Source: an uncultured Planctomycetota bacterium
Lineage (GTDB): Bacteria > Planctomycetota > Planctomycetia > Gemmatales > Gemmataceae
Reading direction: 5' to 3'
DNA length: 64,000 nucleotides
NCBI GenBank assembly: GCA_963849325.1
Contig: CAWKHF010000007.1
Coordinates: forward strand, 576,001 to 640,000
A program made the translations under genes and the position numbers. The notes beneath the pieces are model-generated. The model saw nothing but the letters and a program-made list of their open reading frames with translations. It ran no database searches and was not told where the DNA came from. Below, one piece after another: positions 9,632 through 22,358 of this stretch (position 1 is its first letter; every line of letters begins with the position of its first letter).

Positions 9632-11581
9632 TCACCTCGCCAGGGGCGGACTGCCCTTGAGGAACACGATACCCAGCGGCGGCACGGCCAGGGTCAATGA
9701 GTAGGGCTGACCGTGCCACGACACCGGCGCCGCCTCCACGCCGCCTCCGTTGCCGACGTCGCTACCGCCGTAGATCGCCGAATCGCTGTTGAGCAACTCC
9801 TGCCAGAATCCACCAAAGGGGACGCCTACCTGATATTCCAACCGTGGGACAGGCGTGAAGTTGCCCACCACGAGGATGCGCTCGTCGCTATGGATACCCT
9901 TGCGGACGAAGCTGATGACGCTGGCGGCGGAGTCGTTGCAGTCGATCCAGTCGAAGCCCTGCTGCCGGCAGTCTTGCTCGTGCAGGGCCGGCTCCGTGCG
10001 GTAGAGCCGATTGAGGTCGGCGACCCACTGCTGCACGCCGGCATGAAGAGGGTGCTCTACCTGGTGCCAGTCGAGACTCGTATCGTGGTTCCATTCGCGT
10101 CCTTGGCCCCATTCGTCGCCCATGAAGAGGAGCTTCTTGCCCGGCTGACCGAACAGGTAGCCGAACAGCAGCCGCAGGTTGGCGAACTGCTGCCAGCCAT
10201 CGCCGGGCATCTTGGCTAACAGCGATCCCTTGCCGTGGACTACCTCGTCATGCGATAGCGGTAGGACGTAGTTCTCCGTGAAGGCGTAGAGCATGCGGAA
10301 GAGCAACTCGTTGTGGTGGTACTGCCGGTGGATGGGGTCGTGGGCCAGGTAATGCAGCGTGTCGTGCATCCAGCCCATGTCCCACTTCAGTCCGAAGCCC
10401 AATCCGCCCAGGTGCGTCGGCCGCGATACCATCGGCCAGGCCGTCGATTCCTCGGCGATGGTCTGTACATCCGGATAATTCCGATACACTTCCTCGTTGA
10501 AACGGCGCAGGAAGGAGATGGCCGCCAGGTTCTCGTTGCCGCCGAAGACGTTGGGCACCCACTCGCCGGCCTTGCGCGAATAGTCGAGGTACAGCATCGA
10601 CGCCACGGCATCGACGCGCAGCCCATCGACATGGTAGTGATCGAGCCAGAACAGGGCGCTCGACAGCAGGAAGCTCCGAACCTCGTGCCGATCGTAGTTG
10701 AAGATCAGGCTATTCCAGTCGGGGTGATAGCCGAGCTGCGGGTTGGCGTGCTCGAAGAGGTGCGTGCCGTCGAAATAGCCCAGGCCGTGTTCGTCGGCGG
10801 GGAAGTGCGACGGCACCCAATCGAAAAGGACGCCGATGCCGCGCTGATGCAGGTAGTCGATCAGGGCCATCAGATCCTGCGGCGTGCCGTAACGGCTGGT
10901 CGGGCCGAAATAGCCGGTCGTCTGGTAGCCCCAGGAGCCGTAGAACGGATGCTCGGTCAGCGGCAGGAACTCGACGTGCGTGAAACCCATCTTCTGCACG
11001 TAATCGGCCAGGCGCGGGCCGATTTCGCGGTACGTCAACGGCCGATCGTGCTCCTCCGGCACGCGCATCCACGAGCCGAGGTGGACCTCGTAAATCGACA
11101 TCGGCGCCAGCAAACTGTTGTGATGGAGGCGCTGGGCCATCCAGGCCTGGTCCCGCCAGATGTAATCGAGGTCCCAAACGATCGAAGCGGTGCGCGGCGG
11201 CACTTCCTGGTTGAAGGCGAACGGATCGCTCTTCTCGACCTGGTAGCCGTTGTAGCGCGAGACGATGTGGTACTTGTAGGCGGTGCCGACGTGGACACCG
11301 GGAAGGAAGCCGCTCCAGATGCCGGACTGGCCACGTGGATGGAGACGGTGTTTGCCCTTGGCCCAGCCATTGAAGTCGCCCATGACGGAGACCTGCTCCG
11401 CCGCCGGAGCCCAGACGGCGAAGTGCGTCCCCGGCACCCCGCGCCGCGTGCAGGGATGGGCGCCCATCTTCCGATACAGCCGATAATGACTGCCTTCGTT
11501 GAACAGGTACAGATCCTGTTCGCTCAGGAGCGTGTCACCCTGGAGGACCAGCGACGCGGGGACGTGCAGTTTCTCGATCAT
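9632..11581 (-). CDS. glgB: 1,4-alpha-glucan branching enzyme
   Basis: [54 protein letters not shown]. Confidence 0.97.
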   Translation of the reverse strand: MIEKLHVPASLVLQGDTLLSEQDLYLFNEGSHYRLYRKMGAHPCTRRGVPGTHFAVWAPAAEQVSVMGDFNGWAKGKHRLHPRGQSGIWSGFLPGVHVGTAYKYHIVSRYNGYQVEKSDPFAFNQEVPPRTASIVWDLDYIWRDQAWMAQRLHHNSLLAPMSIYEVHLGSWMRVPEEHDRPLTYREIGPRLADYVQKMGFTHVEFLPLTEHPFYGSWGYQTTGYFGPTSRYGTPQDLMALIDYLHQRGIGVLFDWVPSHFPADEHGLGYFDGTHLFEHANPQLGYHPDWNSLIFNYDRHEVRSFLLSSALFWLDHYHVDGLRVDAVASMLYLDYSRKAGEWVPNVFGGNENLAAISFLRRFNEEVYRNYPDVQTIAEESTAWPMVSRPTHLGGLGFGLKWDMGWMHDTLHYLAHDPIHRQYHHNELLFRMLYAFTENYVLPLSHDEVVHGKGSLLAKMPGDGWQQFANLRLLFGYLFGQPGKKLLFMGDEWGQGREWNHDTSLDWHQVEHPLHAGVQQWVADLNRLYRTEPALHEQDCRQQGFDWIDCNDSAASVISFVRKGIHSDERILVVGNFTPVPRLEYQVGVPFGGFWQELLNSDSAIYGGSDVGNGGGVEAAPVSWHGQPYSLTLAVPPLGIVFLKGSPPLAR

Positions 11582-11669
11582 GGAGCGCTCTCGTGAGGCA
11601 CGACGGGAAAATCGCGCGGATCATGGTCATCAACCCTCCTCCTTTGTCGTCGCGGGATGCTCGCGCGGT

Positions 11670-13112
11670 TTAGCGGCCACGAATCCTCGGCAGCGGATCG
11701 AGGCGCTGCCGGACGGCAAGACCGGCAGAAAAGGGACGACGATCCGCCGACGGAGGCACCGCGTTCGTCAAGGCGCGTTCCTCGACCGGCCGCAGATAGT
11801 GACGAGCGATGTACTCGGCCATCTCACGGCCGCAGCGCAAGCCCTCTTGATTGTCGAACTCGTAATGAATGCCGCCGTAGATGCGGCTGCGTCCGGCCTC
11901 TTGCGCGGCGGCCCAGAAACCGGGGAAGGAGCGGACGGCGCCGGCAGTCCCTTCCGAACCGATGCGGAAGGCGACGGCATCGGTGCCGAAGAAGTGGGCC
12001 AGCGCTGTGGCGGCGGCGCCGCTAAAGGTGCTGTGACCAGAGGGGTAGGATGGGAAGGGCGGCGTCGTCAGCAGCGAATCCCAATTACGATCCGGCGCGG
12101 TGTCGGGGTTGTCGTCGCGGTCGGCTTCGCGGATGGCCGTGATGGGCCGCCAGTAGCTGTAAGCGAATTTACCCTCCCAGCACAGGATGCCGGCGTCGGC
12201 CAGGCTGAGGTTGAGAAGGGCGAACAGGCGGGCGTTCTCGGTCAGGCTCAGGCCGCGCTGGCGGGAAGCGGTCTGGGCGATCTGGTTCCAGTGGCCCGGC
12301 GGCGTCACGCTGCCGTCGCCGTCGTTCCAGAACTGGGCGATCAAGGTCTGCTCCTCGGTGCGCCGGCTATTGTCGCGAGCACCCAACTCCTTGACTTCGT
12401 TGAACGCCGCGGCATAGGCGGCGCTGTTCAGGACCGGAGGCGCGGGAGGCATGAAGCGGGCGGTCCCTGGGATGGCGAAGGGCGTCATGTACCGCCACTG
12501 CGGCAGGAGGGCGTCTCGATAACCGGGCGGCGTCGGACGCCACAGTCCCGTTGTCAGCCGCGGCGTGTAGGAGACTCGATGGCGCGAACCGTCCTCCGCG
12601 CGCCAGGCCAGGATCTTTTCGGCGACGTGCTGCCCCAGGGCGACACCGCCCTGTTTCGCTCGTCCATCCGGGACGTTTTCCAGCGACGCATCCAGGGCGG
12701 CGTCGAGCTGCGCCACCAGGGCCGGGTACAACTCCACCAGGGTGCGATGTGCGGCGACGGCCGCCGCCGCCTCCGCCGAAGCCTCTCCATCCACGCGGGC
12801 ATCGACCCGATAGGCGCGGTATGTTCGTCCTCGGGCGTTCACGGCATCGTAGATGGCGGCGTGGACGATCGCCAGGTTGCGCGCCGCTCGCGGCGGCGGA
12901 GTACGATCCGCCTTGATCGCCCCCAGGGCGACCTCATTCCATTGCAAGACGACGTCCGACTGGACAGCGTCTGCTGACATGGGCTTGTCAGCAACGTGCG
13001 TCGGCGCCCCCTGGGGGATCGGCACCAGCCGCTCTTGCCCCGGCGGCGGTTCGGTCTGGGCGGCGCTGTCGGCGGCGGCGAGGAGGGCTGTCACGAGCAC
13101 GAAAGTGGACAT
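11670..13112 (-). CDS. Secreted vanadium-dependent haloperoxidase / PAP2 family protein
   Basis: Signal peptide; KFAYSYWRP, PPFPSYPSGHS, SRIYGGIHY vanadate/phosphate-binding motifs. Confidence 0.9.
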   Translation of the reverse strand: MSTFVLVTALLAAADSAAQTEPPPGQERLVPIPQGAPTHVADKPMSADAVQSDVVLQWNEVALGAIKADRTPPPRAARNLAIVHAAIYDAVNARGRTYRAYRVDARVDGEASAEAAAAVAAHRTLVELYPALVAQLDAALDASLENVPDGRAKQGGVALGQHVAEKILAWRAEDGSRHRVSYTPRLTTGLWRPTPPGYRDALLPQWRYMTPFAIPGTARFMPPAPPVLNSAAYAAAFNEVKELGARDNSRRTEEQTLIAQFWNDGDGSVTPPGHWNQIAQTASRQRGLSLTENARLFALLNLSLADAGILCWEGKFAYSYWRPITAIREADRDDNPDTAPDRNWDSLLTTPPFPSYPSGHSTFSGAAATALAHFFGTDAVAFRIGSEGTAGAVRSFPGFWAAAQEAGRSRIYGGIHYEFDNQEGLRCGREMAEYIARHYLRPVEERALTNAVPPSADRRPFSAGLAVRQRLDPLPRIRGR

Positions 13113-13483
13113 GGTTTGCCTCCGGACTCGAACGAACGGATGAGGGGAGGAGACACCCGCACTTCGGCGAACGATTTCGCCGAACTTACGTCCTGTTCCG
13201 CTTGTCGCTCCTGTTTCTTTTGTAAGTCAAAGCACGGCCCGTCACCACCCGCAAAGGCCGCGCGGCGGCGCGAAATGCCCTTGGCCGTCGCCTTATGCCG
13301 TTTGCACAAGCTTTGCGGAATACCCGGCCTGCGTCGTCGGCGGCAACGCGAACGATCATCCGGGGGAGGTTTGTAAGGACTGTGCGGCCTGGAGGGGAGC
13401 TTCCGATTTTCGCGGTCCTCTTTTCCCCCTGACGGAGTGGCAGGAGTATAATAATGGACGATAATTGAAGGCGAGCCGCCCAG

Positions 13484-13591
13484 AAGTTCTGAGTTCTGAG
13501 TTCTGAGTTCTGAGTGAAGAAAGACAAGAGATAGGAGACGGAGGACTGTTGTGTTGGGCACTCAGAACTCAGAACTCAGAACTCAGAACTT
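13484..13591. repeat. Inverted heptamer tandem cassette (AGTTCTG)4 ... (CAGAACT)4, second copy
   Basis: Same arms as 4707-4794 with a different purine-rich spacer. Confidence 0.95.
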
Positions 13592-13610
13592 TACGAAGGG
13601 GGCAGGGAAG

Positions 13611-13841
13611 ATGCGCCGATTTCTGCTCGTGGGTCTGTTGTTCTCGGCCGGTTGCGCCGGCCTGATGGGGCCACGGAAACGCGACCTGGCTCCAGAAAAG
13701 ATTGATCCGCCGACCTTGCCCATCCCGGAACAGAAATACCGGGCGCGGGACCGGCTGGCATACCCCATGGAGGACCACTGGACGGCCCCCCGGACGTGGG
13801 CGGACATCCCCGCCGAGCAGTACGGCCGACTGAGCCATTGA
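13611..13841 (+). CDS. Small lipoprotein
   Basis: MRRFLLVGLLFSAGC lipobox; purine-rich RBS. Confidence 0.7.
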   Translation: MRRFLLVGLLFSAGCAGLMGPRKRDLAPEKIDPPTLPIPEQKYRARDRLAYPMEDHWTAPRTWADIPAEQYGRLSH

Positions 13842-13895
13842 GCGAAACGCGGCGATCGAGACCGAACCGCGACATCGACTCTTTCGAGGTGCATC

Positions 13896-14305
13896 ATGAG
13901 ACACGTTCGACTCACGGGAATGGTCTGTGTGCTTGCGGTCGGCTGCGCCGTGCCGCCGGAGCGCGTACCCATGCAGCCGCTGCCGGAGAATGGACCTCCG
14001 CTTCCCTACGCGGAGTTGCTGACCCGCGCACGGCCCAGGCCAGCGCGGCCACGGAGGCCTTTTACGTCAACCGCTGGGGCGACCTGGAGGATGCGGCCAA
14101 GGGACTCGAACAGACGGCGCGCTTTCTCGCCAAGGCCCAGGAAGTGCCGGCCAAAAACAAGGACATCCTCAATGAAGTGAGCGGCGACCTGGCCAAGACC
14201 GCCATCAAGCTCAAGGACGCGGCCGTCGCTCAGAACGTCAAAGATGCCAACGACGCCCTGCAACAGATCAACCTCAAGGTTCGCCAGCTGCGCCTGGCGG
14301 ATTGA
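13896..14305 (+). CDS. Helical-bundle lipoprotein, frameshift near 14035
   Basis: LAVGC lipobox in ORF 13896; continues in ORF 13796..14305 (ATEAFYVNRWGDLEDAA). Confidence 0.7.
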
Positions 14306-14342
14306 GGCGACAGCGGCTCACAGGCTGGATGGGAGACTCCGT

Positions 14343-14606
14343 ATGCCACCGATTCCTCCTTTTTGGTTCAAGCAGCGACAGTGCAAGATGGAACCGGCCG
14401 GCGACGATCACACGTTGAAAGTGACCGGACCCAATCTCGGCGAGGCGTTCCTGCACATCCGACTCGGCGAGAACAATCGCTGGCGCGCCGCCATGCGTCG
14501 CAGCGCCGAGGGACCGGAGGAGGCGGCCACCGAACCCCAATTCGACAACCCGACGGATGCCTGGGAAGCCGCCTTCGAGTTGTACCGAACGCGCGTGATT
14601 GTGTGA
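14343..14606 (+). CDS. Hypothetical protein
   Basis: ATG after GGGAG; plausible globular sequence (PPFWFKQRQ...AWEAAFELYR). Confidence 0.65.
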   Translation: MPPIPPFWFKQRQCKMEPAGDDHTLKVTGPNLGEAFLHIRLGENNRWRAAMRRSAEGPEEAATEPQFDNPTDAWEAAFELYRTRVIV

Positions 14607-14627
14607 ACGAGAATACGCATGGACGAT

Positions 14628-14698
14628 CCGAGCCTGAAGCGTAAGCGAAGAGACGGCAACCTTCGGTTGCCGTCTCTTCGCTTACGCTTCAGGCTCGG
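14628..14698. repeat. Perfect 34-bp palindrome (family A variant) between convergent genes
   Basis: CCGAGCCTGAAGCGTAAGCGAAGAGACGGCAACC-TTC-exact reverse complement. Confidence 0.95.
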
Positions 14699-14722
14699 AA
14701 ATACAAACAGCCCCCGGGATGC

Positions 14723-15058
14723 CTACTTGGCCTTGCCGGCACGCAGTTCCTTCAAGCGGGCTTTCTGAGCATCGCTCAGGATGTTGTCCAGGTCCGTCTT
14801 TTCCTGCTCCTTCAGCGCCGCGATCTGACGCTGCAGCTCCTCGATCTTCTCCTGATACTTGCCGCGGATTTTGTAAATGTCTTTCCGCTGGGCGTCACTC
14901 AAGCCCAACTGTTTGAAGTAACGGGGTAGCTGGGACTTGACGACGACCGGCTCCTTCTCCGTCTTTTTGTCCTCCGCCTTCTTGTCCTCGCCCATGAGGA
15001 AACCACTGGTCAGCAACGCCACGACGAACATCGACGCCAACAACTTCAGGCGATACAT
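14723..15058 (-). CDS. Secreted small basic coiled-coil protein (Spy/CpxP-like LxLSDxQ repeats)
   Basis: Signal peptide; QLPRYFKQLGLSDAQR and ILSDAQKARL; GGAGG RBS. Confidence 0.7.
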   Translation of the reverse strand: MYRLKLLASMFVVALLTSGFLMGEDKKAEDKKTEKEPVVVKSQLPRYFKQLGLSDAQRKDIYKIRGKYQEKIEELQRQIAALKEQEKTDLDNILSDAQKARLKELRAGKAK

Positions 15059-15240
15059 CGCAGTCCTCCGAAGGTTAGGGAATAGAAGAGACCCCGTTCC
15101 ATCCCAGAGTATCTTCCCCGGCGCTGGGGGAAGCAACGGAAAAAAGTGGGATTCTCGCTTTTTTGCGGAGTCGGGCAGACTTTGCCGGCGGGATCGGCTG
15201 ACCGTGTCCGGAAAAACTTGACCGAAAGTCAAAAAGTTCC

Positions 15241-15268
15241 TTGCCTTGGCTCTCGTGGTCGATATACT
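15241..15268 (+). promoter_or_regulatory. Sigma70-like promoter
   Basis: TTGCCT-N16-TATACT upstream of the 15335 ORF. Confidence 0.5.
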
Positions 15269-15334
15269 TTTCACACATCCTTTTTCCCCTGGCTGCGTGG
15301 CCGGGGACGGATTGAAACATGAGGAAAAGCGGTC

Positions 15335-15517
15335 ATGTTAAGCAGTGTCGCGGCGGAGGTGGACTTTATCGAGGAATTGCGTCTGCGCCGCTGGGCGCGC
15401 GAACATTACGTTCCACGCCATCAGCGGGAGATGTCCTGGCATCCGGTCATTCTCGATGAAATGACCCGCAAAGACGGCGAGATGTCCGAGGTCGAACCCG
15501 TCTGCACCTGCGCCTGA
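15335..15517 (+). CDS. Small hypothetical protein (60 aa)
   Basis: Own promoter and RBS; ELRLRRWAREHYVP...WHPVILDEM; downstream hairpin. Confidence 0.7.
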   Translation: MLSSVAAEVDFIEELRLRRWAREHYVPRHQREMSWHPVILDEMTRKDGEMSEVEPVCTCA

Positions 15518-15541
15518 TCGGTCTGTCCCGATCGGCAATCC

Positions 15542-15590
15542 CGAACCCCGAAGGCGCCATCACACCGTTGACCCCTTCGGGGTTCGTGTT
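15542..15590 (+). terminator. Terminator-like hairpin
   Basis: CGAACCCCGAAGG...CCTTCGGGGTTCG followed by TGTTT. Confidence 0.45.
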
Positions 15591-15718
15591 TCCTCCCGAC
15601 CCCGCAAATCGCTCCTCTTCCCTTCTCTTCCGAAATAACGCCACCTGATGGTGGCATCGTCTTGCCGCGTCCGTTACACTCGGGAAAATCGCCTTCCCTC
15701 CTGAGACGCGCAACCATC

Positions 15719-17099
15719 ATGCCTGTCGTCATCTCCGATGTGTCCCTGCCCGTGCGAAGTCATTCCTGGAAGTGGTGGGTCTGCGGCTTGCTGCTGCTGG
15801 CCACCATGGTCAACTACATGGATCGTCTGACGCTGAATCAGATGTCCCTACCGATCATGGCCGAGTTCGATTTGCAGCCGCGAGAGTACGGCCAACTCGA
15901 ATCGGCGTTCGGCGTCGCTTTCGCGCTGGGGGCGGTGTTCATGGGATGGCTGGCGGATCGCTGGAACGTGCGTTGGATCTATCCCGCCGCTGTGCTGTTG
16001 GGCTTCCTCACCGGTCTGGCGGCTGGCTTCCTCACTCTGTTGATTTGCCGCTTTCTGCTTGGCCTGGCCGAGTCGGGCAACTGGCCCTGCGCCCTCCGCA
16101 CCACGCAGCGCATCCTGCCGCCCTCCGAACGCGCCATGGGTAACAGCATCTTGCAGAGCGGCGCCGCCATCGGCGCCGTCCTGACGCCGCTCATCGTCTT
16201 CGTCCTTTTTCGGGAGGAACGTCCCAGTACCTGGCGTTTGCCGTTTTTGGCCGTCGGCGTGCTGGGACTGCTGTGGGTCGCTGCCTGGATGGGGAGCGTT
16301 CGTGGCCAGGACCTTGCCCTGGAACATCGGAGCCGATCGCCGTCGCCGCTGCCGATCCTCGGCTGGCTGATCGTCCTGTACGGCATCGATCTCGGCGTTC
16401 ACGTCCTTTTCGCGGATCGTCCCTCGATCCCCGTGGCCGTCAAGTTCGGAGTGACGGCCCTCGGCGTGGGCGGCGTGGTCTACTGGCTGGCGCGGGTGAT
16501 GAGCGAGGAAAGCGGACCCGAGCGCAAGCGGTTCTTCCGGCGCTTCCGCGTGCTGGCGGTCCTGGTGGTGACGATCAACATGACGTGGCATTTCTTCCGC
16601 GCCTGGCTGCCGTTGTTTCTGCAACAGCAGCACGGCTACAGTCTGCAAGCCTTCGGCTGGTTCAGCATGGCCTACTATCTCGCCACCGATGCCGGTTGCC
16701 TGGCGGCGGGTTTCGTGACGCTGCGACTGGCGCGCGGCGGAATGCCGGTACACGCCAGTCGTGTGCTCGTCTTCTCGGGTCTGCGCCGTGGTGACGACGT
16801 TGAGCCTGGCCGCCGCCGTCTTGCCAGCGGGCTGGCCGCTGCTGGCCGTGCTGCTCGTCATCGGCTTCGCCTGTCTGGGCTTGTTCCCGAGCTATTATTC
16901 CTTCGCCCAGGAGCTGACCATCCGCCATCAAGGGAAGTTGTCGGGAGCACTGGGCTGCATCTCCTGGATGTTCATGTCGCTGTTGCACGAGGTTGTGGGC
17001 GACTGGGTGCAGCGAACCGGCTCGTACTCGCAAGGCGTGGCCTGCGCCGGCTTGCTGCCGTTGATCGGCGTCGCGGTCCTGGTCCTCTTCTGGGGCTGA
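15719..17099 (+). CDS. MFS transporter (ExuT/hexuronate-like), frameshift near 16780
   Basis: NYMDR, GWLADRWNVR, RFLLGLAESGNWP; C-terminal TMs in ORF 16761..17099. Confidence 0.85.
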
Positions 17100-17217
17100 A
17101 CGCCATCGGGGTCGTGCCGGGCTTGTCTGCCCCTCGGGGGTTGGATAACTTGAGTCCAGTCCTGCAGGCGGTCCCCGATGTCCACCGTGGGGCTAAGGGT
17201 CACGAGCCAAATGCACT

Positions 17218-17334
17218 TTGAACCACGGATAGCACGGATAACACGGATAAAATAAAACATAAGAAGCGTTCCAGAAGCGTTTCTGGTTTTTCTTTATCCG
17301 TGTCATCCGTGTCATCCGTGTTATCCGTGGTCAA
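17218..17334. repeat. Inverted 9-mer tandem cassette (CACGGATAR)3 ... (ATCCGTGTY)4
   Basis: Read directly from sequence; AT-rich core. Confidence 0.9.
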
Positions 17335-17391
17335 AATTGCATTTGGTTCGAGTCTCGAAACGAGAAGACCGTGTTCGCGAGAGAGGCAGCC

Positions 17392-19307
<1,916 letters not shown>

Positions 19308-19309
19308 CG

Positions 19310-20063
19310 ATGAATTTCACCTTGCACGTGTGGCGGCAGAAGGACACTCATGACGCCGGCCGCATGGTCAGCTACGACGCCCGCGGCATCGCTCCGGACA
19401 TGTCGTTTCTAGAAATGCTCGACGTGGTCAACCAGGAGCTGATCGAGAAGGGCGAGGAACCGATCGCCTTCGACAGCGATTGCCGCGAGGGCATCTGCGG
19501 CAGCTGCGGCCTGATGATCGACGGTTACGCCCACAGCCGCGAACGGGGCGTGGCCAGCCTGTCAGGTGTACATGCGGAATTTCGTGGACGGTCAGGAAAT
19601 CTACGTCGAGCCGTGGCGGGCGCGGGCGTTTCCGGTAGTCAAGGATCTGGTCGTCGATCGCGGCGCTCTGGACCGCATCATCCAGGTGGGCGGCTTCGTA
19701 TCGGTCAACACCGGCGGAGCGCCGGACGGTAACGCGCTGCCGGTACCCAAGCCGAACGCCGAGCTGGCCATGGACGCGGCGGCGTGCATCGGCTGCGGAG
19801 CGTGCGTGGCGGCGTGCAAAAACGCCTCGGCCATGCTGTTCACCGCCGCCAAGGTGTCGCACCTGGCGCTGTTGCCGCAGGGACGACCCGAACGACATGC
19901 CCGCGTCCGCCGGATGGTCGAGCAGATGGACCACGAGGGTTTCGGTAACTGCACCAACTATTACGAGTGCGAGGCTGCCTGCCCCAAGGAGATCAGCGTC
20001 CAGTTCATCGCTCGGATGAACCGCGAGTACCTCGCCGCTTGCCTGACCAGTGACAATTCGTAA
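19310..20063 (+). CDS. sdhB: Succinate dehydrogenase iron-sulfur subunit, frameshift near 19557
   Basis: [33 protein letters not shown]. Confidence 0.95.
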
Positions 20064-20065
20064 CC

Positions 20066-20129
20066 GGCGAGCGGGGGGCGTTAGCCCCCTGTTGAATTGG
20101 TAACAGGGGGCTGACGCCCCCCGCTCGCC
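20066..20129. repeat. REPIN-like palindrome, family B (GGCGAGCGGGGGGCGTYAGCCCCCTG)
   Basis: Inverted arms, each itself a GGGGGC/GCCCCC hairpin; directly after the sdhB stop. Confidence 0.95.
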
Positions 20130-20144
20130 TTTCGGGAACCCGCC

Positions 20145-21344
20145 TTGCGCTCGCGCCTGTGTCTGCTGATGTTCTTGCAGTACGCGCCGTCCGGCGCCAT
20201 GCTGCCGCAGTACAGTCTGTATTTGCAGAACCAGCTCGGCTTCAATGCTCTGGAGGTAGCGGCGTGCTGCGCCACGCAGGCGGTGGCGACCGTCTGCGCC
20301 TCGCTCCTGGCCGGCCATGTCGCCGACCGTTGGGTATCGGCCGAACGCCTCCTCGGCGTCTGCGCCCTGCTGGGCGGCCTCGATCTGTGGTTGCTGGCCG
20401 GACAGACGCAGGCGACGCCCGTCTTCGTCGCCACACTCGTCTTCTGGCTGTTGACCGGCCCCATCTGGATGCTGGGCGCGACCATCGGTTTCGCGCATCT
20501 GAAGCACCCGGAACGCCAGTTCGGCCCGGTGCGCCTGTGGGGCACGGTTGGCTGGATGTCGGCCGCCTGGCTGGTGGGTTACTGGTTCGACAATCCCGCC
20601 TGGTTGTGCGATCTCGTCGGCTGGCTGCGTCCCGACCAGCCGCACAGCGAGATGGCCGACATTTTCCGCATTGGCGGCGTGCTGTCGTTCGTGCTGACGG
20701 CCTACAGTCTGTTGTTGCCGCATACACCGCCGCGGCCGGCACCGGGTGGAACGCCGGCACCGTTGGCCGCCCTGCGCCTGCTGCGTGGCCGCGACTTCTT
20801 CGTCTACGCTCTCGGCCTGTTCGGCGTGTGCGTGACCTACCCGTTCGGCACGCAAGGCACTCCGCTGCTCCTGGATCAACTCGGCGTCTCACGCGCCTGG
20901 ATGCCGCGCATCCTGACCTTGGCCCAGCTGACAGAGGTGCTGGCGCTGGCCCTGCTGCCGATGTTTCTGCTGCGCCTGGGGGTGCGCGGCACGATGCTGG
21001 TCGGGCTATCAGCGTGGACGGTGGCGTTGTGTTCGCAGGCCATCGGCCGGCCGGTCGAACTGGTGGCCGGTTCGTTGTGCCTCAACGGCTTGTGCATCGC
21101 CGGCTATTTCGTGGCCGGACAGGTCTTCGTCAACGGCCGTGTCGGCGACGGCTTACGGGCCAGCGTGCAATCGCTGCTAACATTCGTCAACGGCCTGGGG
21201 ATGCTGCTGGGCAACCTGCTGTTCGGCTGGCTGCGTCTCCGCGCCAGCGGCGAGCTGCCGCAGGCGTTCGCCGTCGGGGCCGCTCTTATGGCCGGCCTGG
21301 TGCTGGTGTTCCTGCTCGGCTTCGGCACTGCCGACAAACGATGA
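20145..21344 (+). CDS. MFS nucleoside:H+ symporter-like (NupG/YegT family)
   Basis: RLCLLMFLQY, GHVADRW, FGPVRLWGTVGW, LLPHTPP, LAQLTE; about 12 TM. Confidence 0.85.
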   Translation: MRSRLCLLMFLQYAPSGAMLPQYSLYLQNQLGFNALEVAACCATQAVATVCASLLAGHVADRWVSAERLLGVCALLGGLDLWLLAGQTQATPVFVATLVFWLLTGPIWMLGATIGFAHLKHPERQFGPVRLWGTVGWMSAAWLVGYWFDNPAWLCDLVGWLRPDQPHSEMADIFRIGGVLSFVLTAYSLLLPHTPPRPAPGGTPAPLAALRLLRGRDFFVYALGLFGVCVTYPFGTQGTPLLLDQLGVSRAWMPRILTLAQLTEVLALALLPMFLLRLGVRGTMLVGLSAWTVALCSQAIGRPVELVAGSLCLNGLCIAGYFVAGQVFVNGRVGDGLRASVQSLLTFVNGLGMLLGNLLFGWLRLRASGELPQAFAVGAALMAGLVLVFLLGFGTADKR

Positions 21345-21395
21345 ACAGGAGAGCAGCGTCTTGCGACGGCTGCTTCACGGCGATATGATGGCGCG

Positions 21396-21698
21396 ATGGA
21401 TGACGTGCAGCGAGAGGCGTTGGCCGTGCTGGCCGAGGTCTGGGCATTGTCGCCCGACATCCGGCTCGGTCAGTTGTTCGCCCATCTGGGTTTCCTGGGC
21501 GAAGCCCACCTTGGGCGTGGGTTGGGGTACATCGAAGATGATGAACTCCTCGCGGTCTTGTACCGTCACCGGGCGGAGTTGGCGGCCCGGTTACAAGGCA
21601 CGCTCGATCAGGCGGCGCCGCCAGTCGGCTCCGCCACCTCCGTTTCGGGGAGCCCGACATTGCCGGCGGAGGCGCCACCAATACCCGAGCGGCGTTAA
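21396..21698 (+). CDS. Hypothetical protein
   Basis: PDIRLGQLFAHL...IEDDELL helical ORF. Confidence 0.6.
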   Translation: MDDVQREALAVLAEVWALSPDIRLGQLFAHLGFLGEAHLGRGLGYIEDDELLAVLYRHRAELAARLQGTLDQAAPPVGSATSVSGSPTLPAEAPPIPERR

Positions 21699-21747
21699 GC
21701 AGTGCGGTTTGTTGCTATGCGGCGAGTTGTGACTCGCCTGCCTCCCA

Positions 21748-22233
21748 TCACTCCACCGTCACCAATTCCACTTCTCGACTGCCCAGGTCCAGTAAGAGAA
21801 ACGTCTTCGGCCGCGCTCGGTGCAGTGCTCCCGGATTGATGACGCGCGTCGGGCCGGTGCGGTGCTCCTCCGCCTGGTGCGTGTGGCCGTAGAACAGAAA
21901 ATCGTAATAGCCGGAATGCTCCACGTCGCGCATCAGCGCCTTGTCGTCTCCGTGAAGAAACGCCAGCTTCACGCCCTCCAGTTCGACGCTGCCGAAGGGC
22001 TCGTGCAGCGTCGCGCCGATTTCGGCCATCGCTTCTCGTAGTGGCCCCTTGTCGATGTCGCAGTTGCCGAAGACGAAATGGGCCGTGAAATCGCGGAATC
22101 GCAGGACCGTTTCGGGATCGTCAATGTCGCCGCAGTGCAGGACGGTCGTGATGCCGCGCTGGCGCAGCTCGGCCAAGGCAAGGTGTACCGTGAGACGATT
22201 GCCGTGCGTGTCGCTGACGACGCCGATGCGCAT
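21748..22233 (-). CDS. YfcE/MJ0936-like metallophosphoesterase
   Basis: SDTHGN, HCGD, GNCD, HG, GHTH, INPG. Confidence 0.92.
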   Translation of the reverse strand: MRIGVVSDTHGNRLTVHLALAELRQRGITTVLHCGDIDDPETVLRFRDFTAHFVFGNCDIDKGPLREAMAEIGATLHEPFGSVELEGVKLAFLHGDDKALMRDVEHSGYYDFLFYGHTHQAEEHRTGPTRVINPGALHRARPKTFLLLDLGSREVELVTVE

Positions 22234-22358
22234 GTCGCTCTCCTGGTGGGTCTGGCGGCTTTTGTTGTATCGATCGGGACGCGAACCCGTCAATCCGCGT
22301 TGGCCGTCGCCGCCTCATTCGCTACCCTGAGAAGGAAAGGAGTCTGTTGAACCGACCC

